From Phormidium tenue FACHB-886 (GTDB lineage: Bacteria; Cyanobacteriota; Cyanobacteriia; Elainellales; Elainellaceae), in NCBI GenBank assembly GCA_014764505.1, contig JACXWX010000010.1, forward strand, positions 1-24,000: DNA of 24,000 nt, read 5' to 3'. Shown piece after piece: positions 1 to 7,446 of this stretch. The translations under genes were made by a program, and so were the position numbers. The stretch's first letter is position 1. The number at the start of each line of letters is the position of its first letter. Below the pieces are notes generated by a model, which was given only the letters and a program-made list of their open reading frames with translations, was not told where the DNA came from and ran no database searches.

Positions 1-150
1 GTAGCCACGATAGGTATAGCTGCAAATAAAGGTGCTCCGTTGGCACTGTTGATTACGACATTTGTAACGGGGTTTTCCAGCACTAGAGCGACCATGCCTG
101 ACGATATTATCACTGCCACAGTCTGGACAAACAACGGGTTCTAACACCAT
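1..150 (-). mobile_element. IS1-family-like transposase, N-terminal InsA-type zinc-ribbon part (gene runs off the left window edge)
   Basis: Not in the ORF track because it is open at the edge. Reverse-strand ATG at 150-148. Translation is MVLEPVVCPDCGSDNIVRHGRSSAGKPRYKCRNQQCQRSTFICSYTYRGY. The CPxC ... G-x-x-RYxC ... C ... F-x-x-YT pattern resembles IS1 InsA. The IS ends are not identifiable from this fragment. Confidence 0.5.
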
Positions 151-244
151 GCTGCAATTTCAGAAAAAACATCTCTCTAATTCTCTCTCATTTCCACACG
201 TCTAGAACATTACCCCTGCGTTCTATATTTTCTAATTGCTTATA

Positions 245-287
245 GGCTCCAGGAGTAGTTGCGGATACAGCAATTAATCCTGGAGCC
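245..287. repeat. Perfect 10-bp inverted repeat (GGCTCCAGGA ... TCCTGGAGCC) with a 23-nt loop
   Basis: The arms at 245-254 and 278-287 are exact reverse complements. It lies between the ltaE stop and the IS1-like gene start. Function unknown: it could be a 3-prime hairpin of ltaE or be related to the IS end. Confidence 0.4.
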
Positions 288-387
288 AAACACGCCTCAT
301 TGCAAGCTTTTTAGAAGCATATTTTTTAGTCTGGACTAGATTTGGACTAAATTTTTAGCCCTCCGATCGCCCATTTTTACGCCTTTT

Positions 388-1410
388 TTAGTGCTTTAGT
401 ACTAGATCGACTGCTCCTGGAATCTGTTCAATTTGCGATCGAGATACCATCAAATTTGTCACTGCCCGTATCGAATGAGGGCCAACCGCTAGGACTGCAA
501 TGCCCTCCTTCAGCAAACCATCGACTAGCTGCTGAGCCGGAATCTTCGTATGGAATACTACAATGTTGGTCTGCACATCTTCTGGATTAATTTCAATTTT
601 TGAGATTTGGCTTAATCCCTCTGCCAGCATTTTTGCATTCTCATGATCTTCACTCAGCCGTTCCCGTTGATATTTCACTGCGTATAGCGCACCCGCTGCA
701 ATAATTCCTGCCTGTCGCATTCCACCGCCAAACATTTTGCGGAATCGCCTTGCTCTCTGCATCATCTCCGCTGACCCTGCCAGTGCTGATCCCACAGGCG
801 CACCTAATCCTTTCGAGAAGCATACACTCACCGTATCAAAGGGTGCTGCATAGTCTGCCTCTGAAATTCCTGTTGCCAGACAAGCATTCCAAAACCGCGC
901 CCCATCCAAATGCAGCCGCAGCGAATGCTCTCGGCAAACTTGCTCGATCGCTTTAATCTCTTGCAGTGGAAAAATTCGTCCACCGCTGCGATTGTGGGTA
1001 TTCTCCAAACACACTAGCCTTGTTCGTGGGAAATGCGGATCAATAGGGCGCAACACTCCCCGCAAATCCTCTGCCCCAAACACCCCCCGTCTTCCCTGCA
1101 CCAGTCGACAAGATACCCCCGACAGCGCTGCGGGAGCGCCTCCCTCATAGTAATAAATGTGCGCTTCCGACTCCAGAACCACCTCATCTCCCGGTTCCGT
1201 GTGCAGCCGTAGCGCAATCTGGTTCGTCATCGTCCCTGACGGCATATAAACTGCCGCCTCCTTTCCCAGTAAATCTGCGACATACGCTTCTAACGCATTC
1301 ACCGTGGGATCATCCCCAAAAACATCATCCCCAACCGCTGCAAAGGCCATAGCTTCGCGCATCTCAGACGTTGGCTGCGTAATCGTATCGCTTCGCAAAT
1401 CAATCATCAT
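388..1410 (-). CDS. ltaE: Low-specificity L-threonine aldolase (PLP-dependent)
   Basis: 340-aa ORF. The N-terminus [17 protein letters not shown]...[16 protein letters not shown]...[20 protein letters not shown] is the characteristic threonine aldolase signature, and the ORF is full length. Confidence 0.9.
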   Translation of the reverse strand: MMIDLRSDTITQPTSEMREAMAFAAVGDDVFGDDPTVNALEAYVADLLGKEAAVYMPSGTMTNQIALRLHTEPGDEVVLESEAHIYYYEGGAPAALSGVSCRLVQGRRGVFGAEDLRGVLRPIDPHFPRTRLVCLENTHNRSGGRIFPLQEIKAIEQVCREHSLRLHLDGARFWNACLATGISEADYAAPFDTVSVCFSKGLGAPVGSALAGSAEMMQRARRFRKMFGGGMRQAGIIAAGALYAVKYQRERLSEDHENAKMLAEGLSQISKIEINPEDVQTNIVVFHTKIPAQQLVDGLLKEGIAVLAVGPHSIRAVTNLMVSRSQIEQIPGAVDLVLKH

Positions 1411-1512
1411 CGCGGTATTTCCCTATTCCCAACTTATGGCAACAGCTTGAATATAGCGTAATCCCACCCAAGGGCTGCACACAGAGCGCGACTCTAGCAC
1501 CCGTCTCAAACT

Positions 1513-1694
1513 GTCTCTTTTTAGACTCGTTTGTATTCTTTTGAGTCTAATTGGAGAATAATTAGTCTTAAGTTGGACTAAGAATAATACTTTTAAGTCT
1601 CTTTTTAGACTCACTTGTATTCTTTTAAGTCCAATCAAAGAACAGTTAGTCTCAGATTAGATTAAAAGTAATACTTGCAAGTCTCAATTAAGAC
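1513..1694. repeat. 84-bp tandem repeat, about 2.2 copies, AT-rich
   Basis: Units start at 1513, 1597 and 1681. Units 1 and 2 are about 79 percent identical without gaps (counted by eye). Each unit opens with the hairpin-capable AGTCT-CTTTTT-AGACT. The 71-aa ORF at 1423..1638 (-) only mirrors this repeat (LKRIQVSLKRD / LKRIQTSLKRD). Confidence 0.85.
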
Positions 1695-2022
1695 AAACAG
1701 ATAAAACCAAAAAAAGTTCCTTTGGTCAAAACTAATTGCCCCTTTCTAAGTAGGCTCTTCTGAAAAATTCAACGATCGCTTTAAAGCTGTCTCTACATAT
1801 CCCCACGAGACAGATCACATCTATAGGAATGTGTCAATAGAAGCTGCAAAATCTCAATCTCATTCGAGATTTACGAGATCAATTGCTGGACTCGATTAAT
1901 ATCTAATAGACTCAAATAAGACACAGATCGAGTCTCCTCCCTGTAAAACTTTGTACGAACCTTGTACGATCGAACTGGCTCATTCAGCTTTGCCAATATC
2001 TAAAACAGTTAACGCAGTTAGC

Positions 2023-2619
2023 ATGAACCGTTCTTTCTTTAATCACTTTCTAACGCTAGCCTTCATACTTCTAAGTTTTCTAGCTGCCTTAACTTTCATA
2101 TGTCAGGCAGCGTTCGCTGCTGTTCTCTATACTGCCGACACATCCGGTTCTGTTATCATTCAATCTCGCCGTACGCTGCACGACCAAGACCACCATAGCT
2201 GGCAGGCGATCGCCTTCAAGCCCATCCAGCCTGACGGCAAAATTGGTGAACTATCTCTGCGGTTGATTGGGTTTCCAGGCACTGTTGAAATTGCTCATCC
2301 TCGATCCATTACCCTCACCAATCCTCAAGGGCAAAGCATCTTAGTTCCATCTGCTCCTTCCCCTAGCTTTTCCAACCAGCCTCACGTCGGTCAATACAAT
2401 TTGCAAGCCATCTTGTCCCAGCTCTCCACAGACTACCGACTCCAGCTAGAGCTACCCAGCCATCCCTCCACCCGCCTGCAAATTCCCCCCGCCCTTCTGC
2501 AGGAATGGCAAACGATCGCCAATCTACAGCCCAGCGATCTAATCCATGCTTGCCAAAAATTCCCGCTAGAAGCCCAGCACAATCCCGCCTTTCCCACCTG
2601 GATCGGCTGTTCCGATTAA
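2023..2619 (+). CDS. Hypothetical protein with an N-terminal signal peptide or membrane anchor
   Basis: The track ORF 1951..2619 starts at TTG. The in-frame ATG at 2023 gives MNRSFFNHFLTLAFILLSFLAALTFICQAAFA, which looks like a signal peptide or anchor. I recognise no catalytic motif. The coding-like composition continues up to a strong terminator. Confidence 0.6.
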   Translation: MNRSFFNHFLTLAFILLSFLAALTFICQAAFAAVLYTADTSGSVIIQSRRTLHDQDHHSWQAIAFKPIQPDGKIGELSLRLIGFPGTVEIAHPRSITLTNPQGQSILVPSAPSPSFSNQPHVGQYNLQAILSQLSTDYRLQLELPSHPSTRLQIPPALLQEWQTIANLQPSDLIHACQKFPLEAQHNPAFPTWIGCSD

Positions 2620-2659
2620 GGATTATGGCACGTAGTGCCATAATCCTTAATCGTTTTTA
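2613..2659 (+). terminator. Rho-independent terminator of the 2023..2619 gene
   Basis: CGATTAAGGATTATGGCAC-GTA-GTGCCATAATCCTTAATCG is a 19-bp perfect stem that includes the TAA stop codon, followed by TTTTTA. Confidence 0.8.
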
Positions 2660-2698
2660 TGTAAGCGCATAGCGCTATAAAGGTAATAACTTAAATCC

Positions 2699-2726
2699 GC
2701 TGTTGATTCTCCAAACGATCAACAGC
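2699..2726 (-). terminator. Hairpin downstream of the YbjQ-family gene
   Basis: GCTGTTGAT (2699-2707) and ATCAACAGC (2718-2726) form a perfect 9-bp stem with a 10-nt loop, 24 nt past the reverse-strand stop. The U-tract is only weak. Confidence 0.5.
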
Positions 2727-2749
2727 CGAAACAAGGGCAATCACTGCAT

Positions 2750-3085
2750 TTATCGAGAAGTTTGAACTACCACAGCGGTACCCGTCGCCGTAACCAACAG
2801 CAACGCCCCCGACTCATCAATATTGATCGTGCCTGTATCTACCTCAATTCCAATCACCGCATTTGCCCCCAAGCGAGCCGCCCGCTGCTCAAGTTCTGCC
2901 AGTGCATCCTGATGTCCCCGCTCAAAGACACGCTCATAGCTCGCCGTCCGTCCCCCAATAATGTCTCGGATTCCGGCAAAGAAATCACGCAGTGCGTTCG
3001 TTCCATAAACGACCTCTGCCGTTACCACCCCCAAATAAGACTCAATAATCGCTCCTTGAATGACATCCGTCGTTGTTAGCAGCAT
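2750..3085 (-). CDS. YbjQ / UPF0145 family protein (putative heavy-metal-binding domain)
   Basis: MLLTTTDVIQG...GGRTASYE......A...L...A..LGANAVIGIEVD is the typical UPF0145 pattern. I prefer the ATG at 3085 because GAGGA lies 5 nt upstream. The track start at 3091 is an alternative. Confidence 0.85.
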   Translation of the reverse strand: MLLTTTDVIQGAIIESYLGVVTAEVVYGTNALRDFFAGIRDIIGGRTASYERVFERGHQDALAELEQRAARLGANAVIGIEVDTGTINIDESGALLLVTATGTAVVVQTSR

Positions 3086-3178
3086 ATACATCCTCTACTA
3101 GCTGTAGTACAGCGTACGGTGGTATGAACAGCACAAGTTGTTGATAGAATCAACTACTGTTTCCCTACAACGCTCCCT

Positions 3179-4303
3179 ATGACACTATCACTCAAACTCT
3201 TACCCGTGAAGCACCCGTTGTTAGGCGCAATTAGCCTGTTGTTGATCGGCAGTTTTATCCTCCCTCAGCAGGTCTATGCCCAAGCCAGCCAGCTCAACCA
3301 AGCCCAATCTAGCCCCAGCAACGACGATCGCCTCAACGACCTCTTAGAACAAGGGCGCGAAACCGTAGAAGCCGGCAACCTAGCAGATGCTATTCCCCTC
3401 TATGAAGAAGCTGCCCGCCTCCAGCCCGACAACGCCCGCATCTTCTCAGCATTAGGCTTCCTGCAGGCACGCCAGAATAACTACCAAGCCGCCGTTGATG
3501 CCTACCAAAAAGCGATCGAACTCGACGCCAGCAACGGCGACTTTTACTACGCCCTCGGCTTCAGCAAAGCCAACCTGGGAGACAACGAAGGTGCTGCTGA
3601 TGCCTACCGCCGCGCTACCGAACTCAACCGTAACAGCGTTGAAGCGTACCTCGGCTTAGGCGTTGTCCTTGCCCGCCAAGGCGACTACGAAGGCGCGATC
3701 GCTGCATACCAGCAAGTTCTTGCTTCCCGTCCCAACGATGCCCGCCTCTACGAATTTATCGGTGCTGCCCACGTCCAAGAAGAACAATATCCTGCCGCGA
3801 TCGAAGCCCTCCAAAAAGCCGCCCAGCTCGACCCCCGCCGTGGCAGTATTTATCTTAACTTGGGCGTTGCCCTGCTTAACTCCGGTGACACCGCAGGCGG
3901 CATGTCAGCCTTCGAGAAAGCTGCCCAGCTTGACCCGCGCAACGGCTTAGTGCATCTGCAAATCGGCGATATTCTCCGCTCTCAGGGCGATGAAGACCAA
4001 GCCATCCGGCAATACGAACGCGCCCTCTCCGTCCAGCCCGACCTCACAGAAGCCCGCGCCACCCTCGGCGAGATCTACCTAAAACGCGAAGACTACGTAC
4101 GGGCGATCGTCGAATACCGCGAGCTGATCAAACTTGCTCCCGAAGATGCTGATGCCTTCTTCAACCTTGGAAATGCCCTCGTCGGACGCGATCGCAAGCC
4201 CGAAGCAATCGCTGCCTACCAAAGCGCCCTCAACCTCTACCAGCAGCAAAACAACAGCGACGGCATCGCAAAAACCGAAAACGCTCTCAAAGACCTCCAA
4301 TAA
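3179..4303 (+). CDS. Secreted tetratricopeptide-repeat (TPR) protein
   Basis: 374 aa. Signal-like N-terminus ...LLLIGSFILPQQVYAQA, followed by about 9 consecutive 34-residue units of the A..Y..A(L/I)...P....A...LG type. Confidence 0.85.
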   Translation: MTLSLKLLPVKHPLLGAISLLLIGSFILPQQVYAQASQLNQAQSSPSNDDRLNDLLEQGRETVEAGNLADAIPLYEEAARLQPDNARIFSALGFLQARQNNYQAAVDAYQKAIELDASNGDFYYALGFSKANLGDNEGAADAYRRATELNRNSVEAYLGLGVVLARQGDYEGAIAAYQQVLASRPNDARLYEFIGAAHVQEEQYPAAIEALQKAAQLDPRRGSIYLNLGVALLNSGDTAGGMSAFEKAAQLDPRNGLVHLQIGDILRSQGDEDQAIRQYERALSVQPDLTEARATLGEIYLKREDYVRAIVEYRELIKLAPEDADAFFNLGNALVGRDRKPEAIAAYQSALNLYQQQNNSDGIAKTENALKDLQ

Positions 4304-4491
4304 CACACCTCACTTATCCCACTGACGCGCTCTATCGAGCGATATTCCCCATCGCTTCCTCATTAATCTCACCTTGGATGCTAGACGATTCCCCCCAAAC
4401 TGCGGCATAGTTGACTGCACGAGCCTTTGATCCCTAGCAGCCTATCTGCTGCCTTGATCTACTCTTTCGGTTCACAGTCGATCGTCGTTCT

Positions 4492-5625
4492 ATGCTCCAG
4501 TCCATCGCTAAACTGCCGCGTCTCCTTACGCTGGGAATAGCCTTTCCGTTGCTCTTCCTCAACGGTTGGCTATTGCTGGTGCTAGCCCAAGAACTCCAGC
4601 CCCTCCTCAGCATCTTAATTACCGCCACACTGCTCGCCTTTTTGCTAGATTATCCAATTCGGTTTCTGGTCGATCGCGGGGTTAGGCGAGGCATTGCTGT
4701 CAGCTCTGTTCTGCTGCTATTTTTGGTGCTGCTCAGCCTCCTCGCTGTATTTCTCGTGCCGCTGATTTTGCAGCAAGCCAACGAACTCCTCACCCGCCTG
4801 CCAGAGTGGATCAAATCTGGGCAGCAGCAGCTCAAAACTTTAGAGAGCTGGGCGGTCGCACAGCAGTTTCCCATCGACCTCAGCACCGCCTTCAACCAGG
4901 TCGTGGCGCGGCTCACTACAGGAGTTCGATCGCTCACCAGCCAAGCCTTTGGGCTGGTCTTTGGCGCGATCGGCAGTGTCGTCAACGTCTTTCTCACCCT
5001 AGTCTTCACCATCTTTCTGGTGCTGCGCGGTGAAAGCCTTTGGAGCGGTATTCTCGGTTGGCTCCCCGCCCGGTGGAACACTCAAATTCGGCAGGCGTTG
5101 CCCCAAAACTTCGAGCGCTACATCGTCGGGCAAACAACCATGTCCGTCATTATTAGCCTTTGCCAAATCACCGTCTTGCTCTTTCTGCGCGTCCCACTTG
5201 CCCAACTGTTTGGGGTCGGCATCGGCGTTGCCAGCCTCGTCCCCTTCGGCGGCACCACCACAATTTTGCTCGTCAGCCTGCTGTTAGCTCTGCAAAACTT
5301 CTGGCTAGGAGCTAAAGTATTAGCCATTGCGCTCTCCGTCAACTGGCTGATCGAAAATATTCTGGCTCCTCGCATCTTAGGCGAACTGACCGGACTCAAC
5401 CCCGTTTGGATGCTGATCTCTCTCGATCTGGGGGTCAAACTAGGTGGCGTTCTAGGCTTAGTGATTGCCGTCCCGATCGCCAGCTTTATCAAAGCCACCG
5501 CCGACAGCATCCGCACCAGCCAGCCAGAACTATTCCTAGAACTGCTCAAACAGGGGTTAACTAGCTCCTCAGAAGAGCGCGACCCACCCGTAAAATCTTC
5601 CGCGATTGCTACCGAGTCAGAGTAA
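4492..5625 (+). CDS. AI-2E family transporter (PerM / UPF0118)
   Basis: 377 aa, polytopic and hydrophobic. LLDYPIRFLVDRGVRRGIAVSSVLL and the C-terminal ...LLGLVIAVPIASFIK are typical of AI-2E/PerM permeases. Confidence 0.85.
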   Translation: MLQSIAKLPRLLTLGIAFPLLFLNGWLLLVLAQELQPLLSILITATLLAFLLDYPIRFLVDRGVRRGIAVSSVLLLFLVLLSLLAVFLVPLILQQANELLTRLPEWIKSGQQQLKTLESWAVAQQFPIDLSTAFNQVVARLTTGVRSLTSQAFGLVFGAIGSVVNVFLTLVFTIFLVLRGESLWSGILGWLPARWNTQIRQALPQNFERYIVGQTTMSVIISLCQITVLLFLRVPLAQLFGVGIGVASLVPFGGTTTILLVSLLLALQNFWLGAKVLAIALSVNWLIENILAPRILGELTGLNPVWMLISLDLGVKLGGVLGLVIAVPIASFIKATADSIRTSQPELFLELLKQGLTSSSEERDPPVKSSAIATESE

Positions 5626-5712
5626 GCAAGGTAGGGCAAAAAGGCAAATGTTGCCACTTGCCAAGGCAGCAGCTAGCTTGGGAAAGATCTCTAGCTGGTT
5701 TCAACTTCCCCC

Positions 5713-6258
5713 ATGATTGGTAAGATCGTCGACCGTTTCAAAGACCTCATCACATCTGACAGTCCTACCCTGGCAGGCACACCCCCCCAAGGAGAATTTG
5801 TCAAAGGCATTAACTTTGGCGGCGAAGCCGTGACGATCGAAGGACATCTATGGGATGCCTACGAAACTGCCCTTGCCCAAGGCTTATCCGTTCCGGATGC
5901 CACCTGTATCAGCACTCACGTCAAACCCACCCCTGCTGCCCCCCTTGAGCTCCGCAAAATGCTCAACACCGTCATCTACAAACGGCAGCAGCTCGACATC
6001 ACACAACCCTTACCCAACGGCAGCTACAACCTTTATCTCTGGATTATGGAGAACTACGCCACCGACTGGCACTCCCTCACCCTCCAGATCGACAGTCAGC
6101 CGATCGCCACAGAAATCGGCAAGCTCGCTCTAGGGCAATGGAAGCGCTACGGCGCCTATCCTGCAACAGTTACAGACGGCAAGCTGCAGGTGTCGATCGT
6201 CATTGCCAACCCGGAGCTAGATGCCCACCTGATGGGAATAAGCCTCTTCAAGCTGTAA
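5713..6258 (+). CDS. Hypothetical protein, possible carbohydrate-binding (malectin/CBM-like) beta-sandwich, no signal peptide
   Basis: 181 aa. GINFGGEAVTIEGHLWDAY resembles the opening strand motif of malectin/CBM-type domains. This similarity is judged by eye only. Confidence 0.55.
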   Translation: MIGKIVDRFKDLITSDSPTLAGTPPQGEFVKGINFGGEAVTIEGHLWDAYETALAQGLSVPDATCISTHVKPTPAAPLELRKMLNTVIYKRQQLDITQPLPNGSYNLYLWIMENYATDWHSLTLQIDSQPIATEIGKLALGQWKRYGAYPATVTDGKLQVSIVIANPELDAHLMGISLFKL

Positions 6259-6632
6259 ATGTAGCGCTTGCCCTCATAATGAGGACTATTTTTGTTGTGT
6301 GTCGTGCTCTCCGTGGCACACAGCAAGAAATAATATCGTGTACAGCTAGGAATCGCTGCAGATGACTGTAGAGTGATAGATTTTGCGATTAATCTATTAA
6401 ACAGTTCTGTCAATAGCAAAGATATATTTGCCACCATTACGTTCATAAGAGCGTACTAGATCGCCATGGCGTGGCGTCATGCGTCCAGTCTGAGTTTCTT
6501 CTCAAAGCCTTACTCAGCAGAGCTTTTACAAAGAAAGACTTGTCATCAAAAAGGAAGAGTACCTGTACGGGTACTGCCCATCCTAACCTTGCCGACATTA
6601 CATTGTATGTAAATCGCTCAAGGAAAAAAATC

Positions 6633-7229
6633 ATGCTTGTTTCTACTTTTGAAGTTCTGGTCAAGCCTCAACTACCCAGTACAACTCCAATCGGAAAACT
6701 TAGCCGTAAGGTCATTCAAGGCTATTTCTTAACCATCGCTAATGTTAATTTCTTTCCCGTAACTGTATCCTTAGTTTTCACTGTTAAATTCCCAAACGAT
6801 CCAGATAGTAAAACAGAGCTTCCTACTTCATTTAACGATTTCCTTCAAGTTGTTGATATTTCAGGTCAAAACCTCTTTAAAGGAGGATTTGCTCAAGCAA
6901 ATCTTATTCCAGAAATAGTTCCCGAAAATAACAAAGCACGGCTGACGTTTACGCTGCCTGCAAACGGCACAGGCTTGCTCATATTGCAGCCCGACGTTAC
7001 CAAAAAGGACGTGCTATCTGGAGCAGACTTTGAAGCGCGTGGATATGTAGAAATCTTCTTATCCTCGCTATCTGGTTCAGACACCGCTACCTTGCTCATC
7101 ACCCCTGAACAGCGCGGTACCTTCTTCAACGATCTAAACGGCGCAACCCCAGATGATGTCAATCTGGATCAAATTGCCTACGCCCTCCCGGTCAGCAACG
7201 GCGGAGTTTTCACGCTCTCCAATGCCTAA
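6633..7229 (+). CDS. Orphan hypothetical protein (198 aa, predicted all-beta, no signal peptide)
   Basis: The track ORF 6471..7229 starts at an alternative codon, and the first 54 codons look non-coding. The ATG at 6633 is preceded by AAGGAAAAAAATC. The gene is clearly more AT-rich than its neighbours (sampled 60-nt lines give 33-45 percent GC). I recognise no family. Confidence 0.55.
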   Translation: MLVSTFEVLVKPQLPSTTPIGKLSRKVIQGYFLTIANVNFFPVTVSLVFTVKFPNDPDSKTELPTSFNDFLQVVDISGQNLFKGGFAQANLIPEIVPENNKARLTFTLPANGTGLLILQPDVTKKDVLSGADFEARGYVEIFLSSLSGSDTATLLITPEQRGTFFNDLNGATPDDVNLDQIAYALPVSNGGVFTLSNA

Positions 7230-7267
7230 TAGCATTGCCGATTTCAGAGATGAATTCATCAAGCAAT

Positions 7268-7322
7268 GCCAGTAATTAGCCAGTAATTAGCCAGTAATTA
7301 GCCAGTAATTAGCCAGTAATTA
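7268..7322. repeat. 11-bp tandem repeat GCCAGTAATTA x5
   Basis: Five perfect head-to-tail copies at 7268-7322. They start 39 nt after the stop of the 6633..7229 gene and lie upstream of its terminator hairpin. Confidence 0.95.
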
Positions 7323-7328
7323 GGAGAA

Positions 7329-7366
7329 CAGAGGGCAGAAGGTACAAAATTCCCTTTCGCCCTCTG
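7329..7366 (+). terminator. Hairpin, probable terminator of the 6633..7229 gene
   Basis: CAGAGGGC (7329-7336) and GCCCTCTG (7359-7366) pair perfectly, with further imperfect pairing inside. The downstream tract is only moderately T-rich. Confidence 0.5.
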
Positions 7367-7446
7367 CTTGCTACTACTTATTACTCCCCACCTTCTTAAG
7401 ACCAGATCCAACTTACGCGCTGAAATCGCCCCTTCACAAGACAGCC

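Noticed and set aside
1423-1638. 71-aa reverse-strand ORF (MIGLKRIQVSLKRD...LKRIQTSLKRD...)
   Set aside because: Its internal peptide repeat is simply the translation of the 84-bp AT-rich DNA tandem repeat. It has no RBS and no coding-like composition, so I treat it as non-coding repeat DNA.
5118-5657. 179-aa ORF antisense to the AI-2E transporter gene (also 4650..5081 and 4999..5205)
   Set aside because: These are shadow ORFs inside a confidently assigned membrane-protein gene. Their Arg/Ser/Pro-rich composition is typical of the antisense frames of GC-rich coding DNA.
6559-6576. GTAC-rich hairpin AGTACCTGTACGGGTACT as an NtcA site (GTA-N8-TAC)
   Set aside because: Counting the spacing gives GTA-N10-TAC, not N8, so there is no support for NtcA.
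6471-6632. N-terminal 54-codon extension of the 6471..7229 ORF
   Set aside because: It starts at a non-ATG codon, is Lys/Ser/Thr-rich in a way that looks non-coding, and contains hairpins. The ATG at 6633 with an upstream purine-rich tract is more plausible.
7268-7322. Possible CRISPR array (also considered for 1513..1694 and 16459..16492)
   Set aside because: The repeats are directly abutting, with no unique spacers. The unit lengths (11, 84 and 17 bp) and copy numbers do not fit CRISPR architecture, and there are no cas genes in the window.
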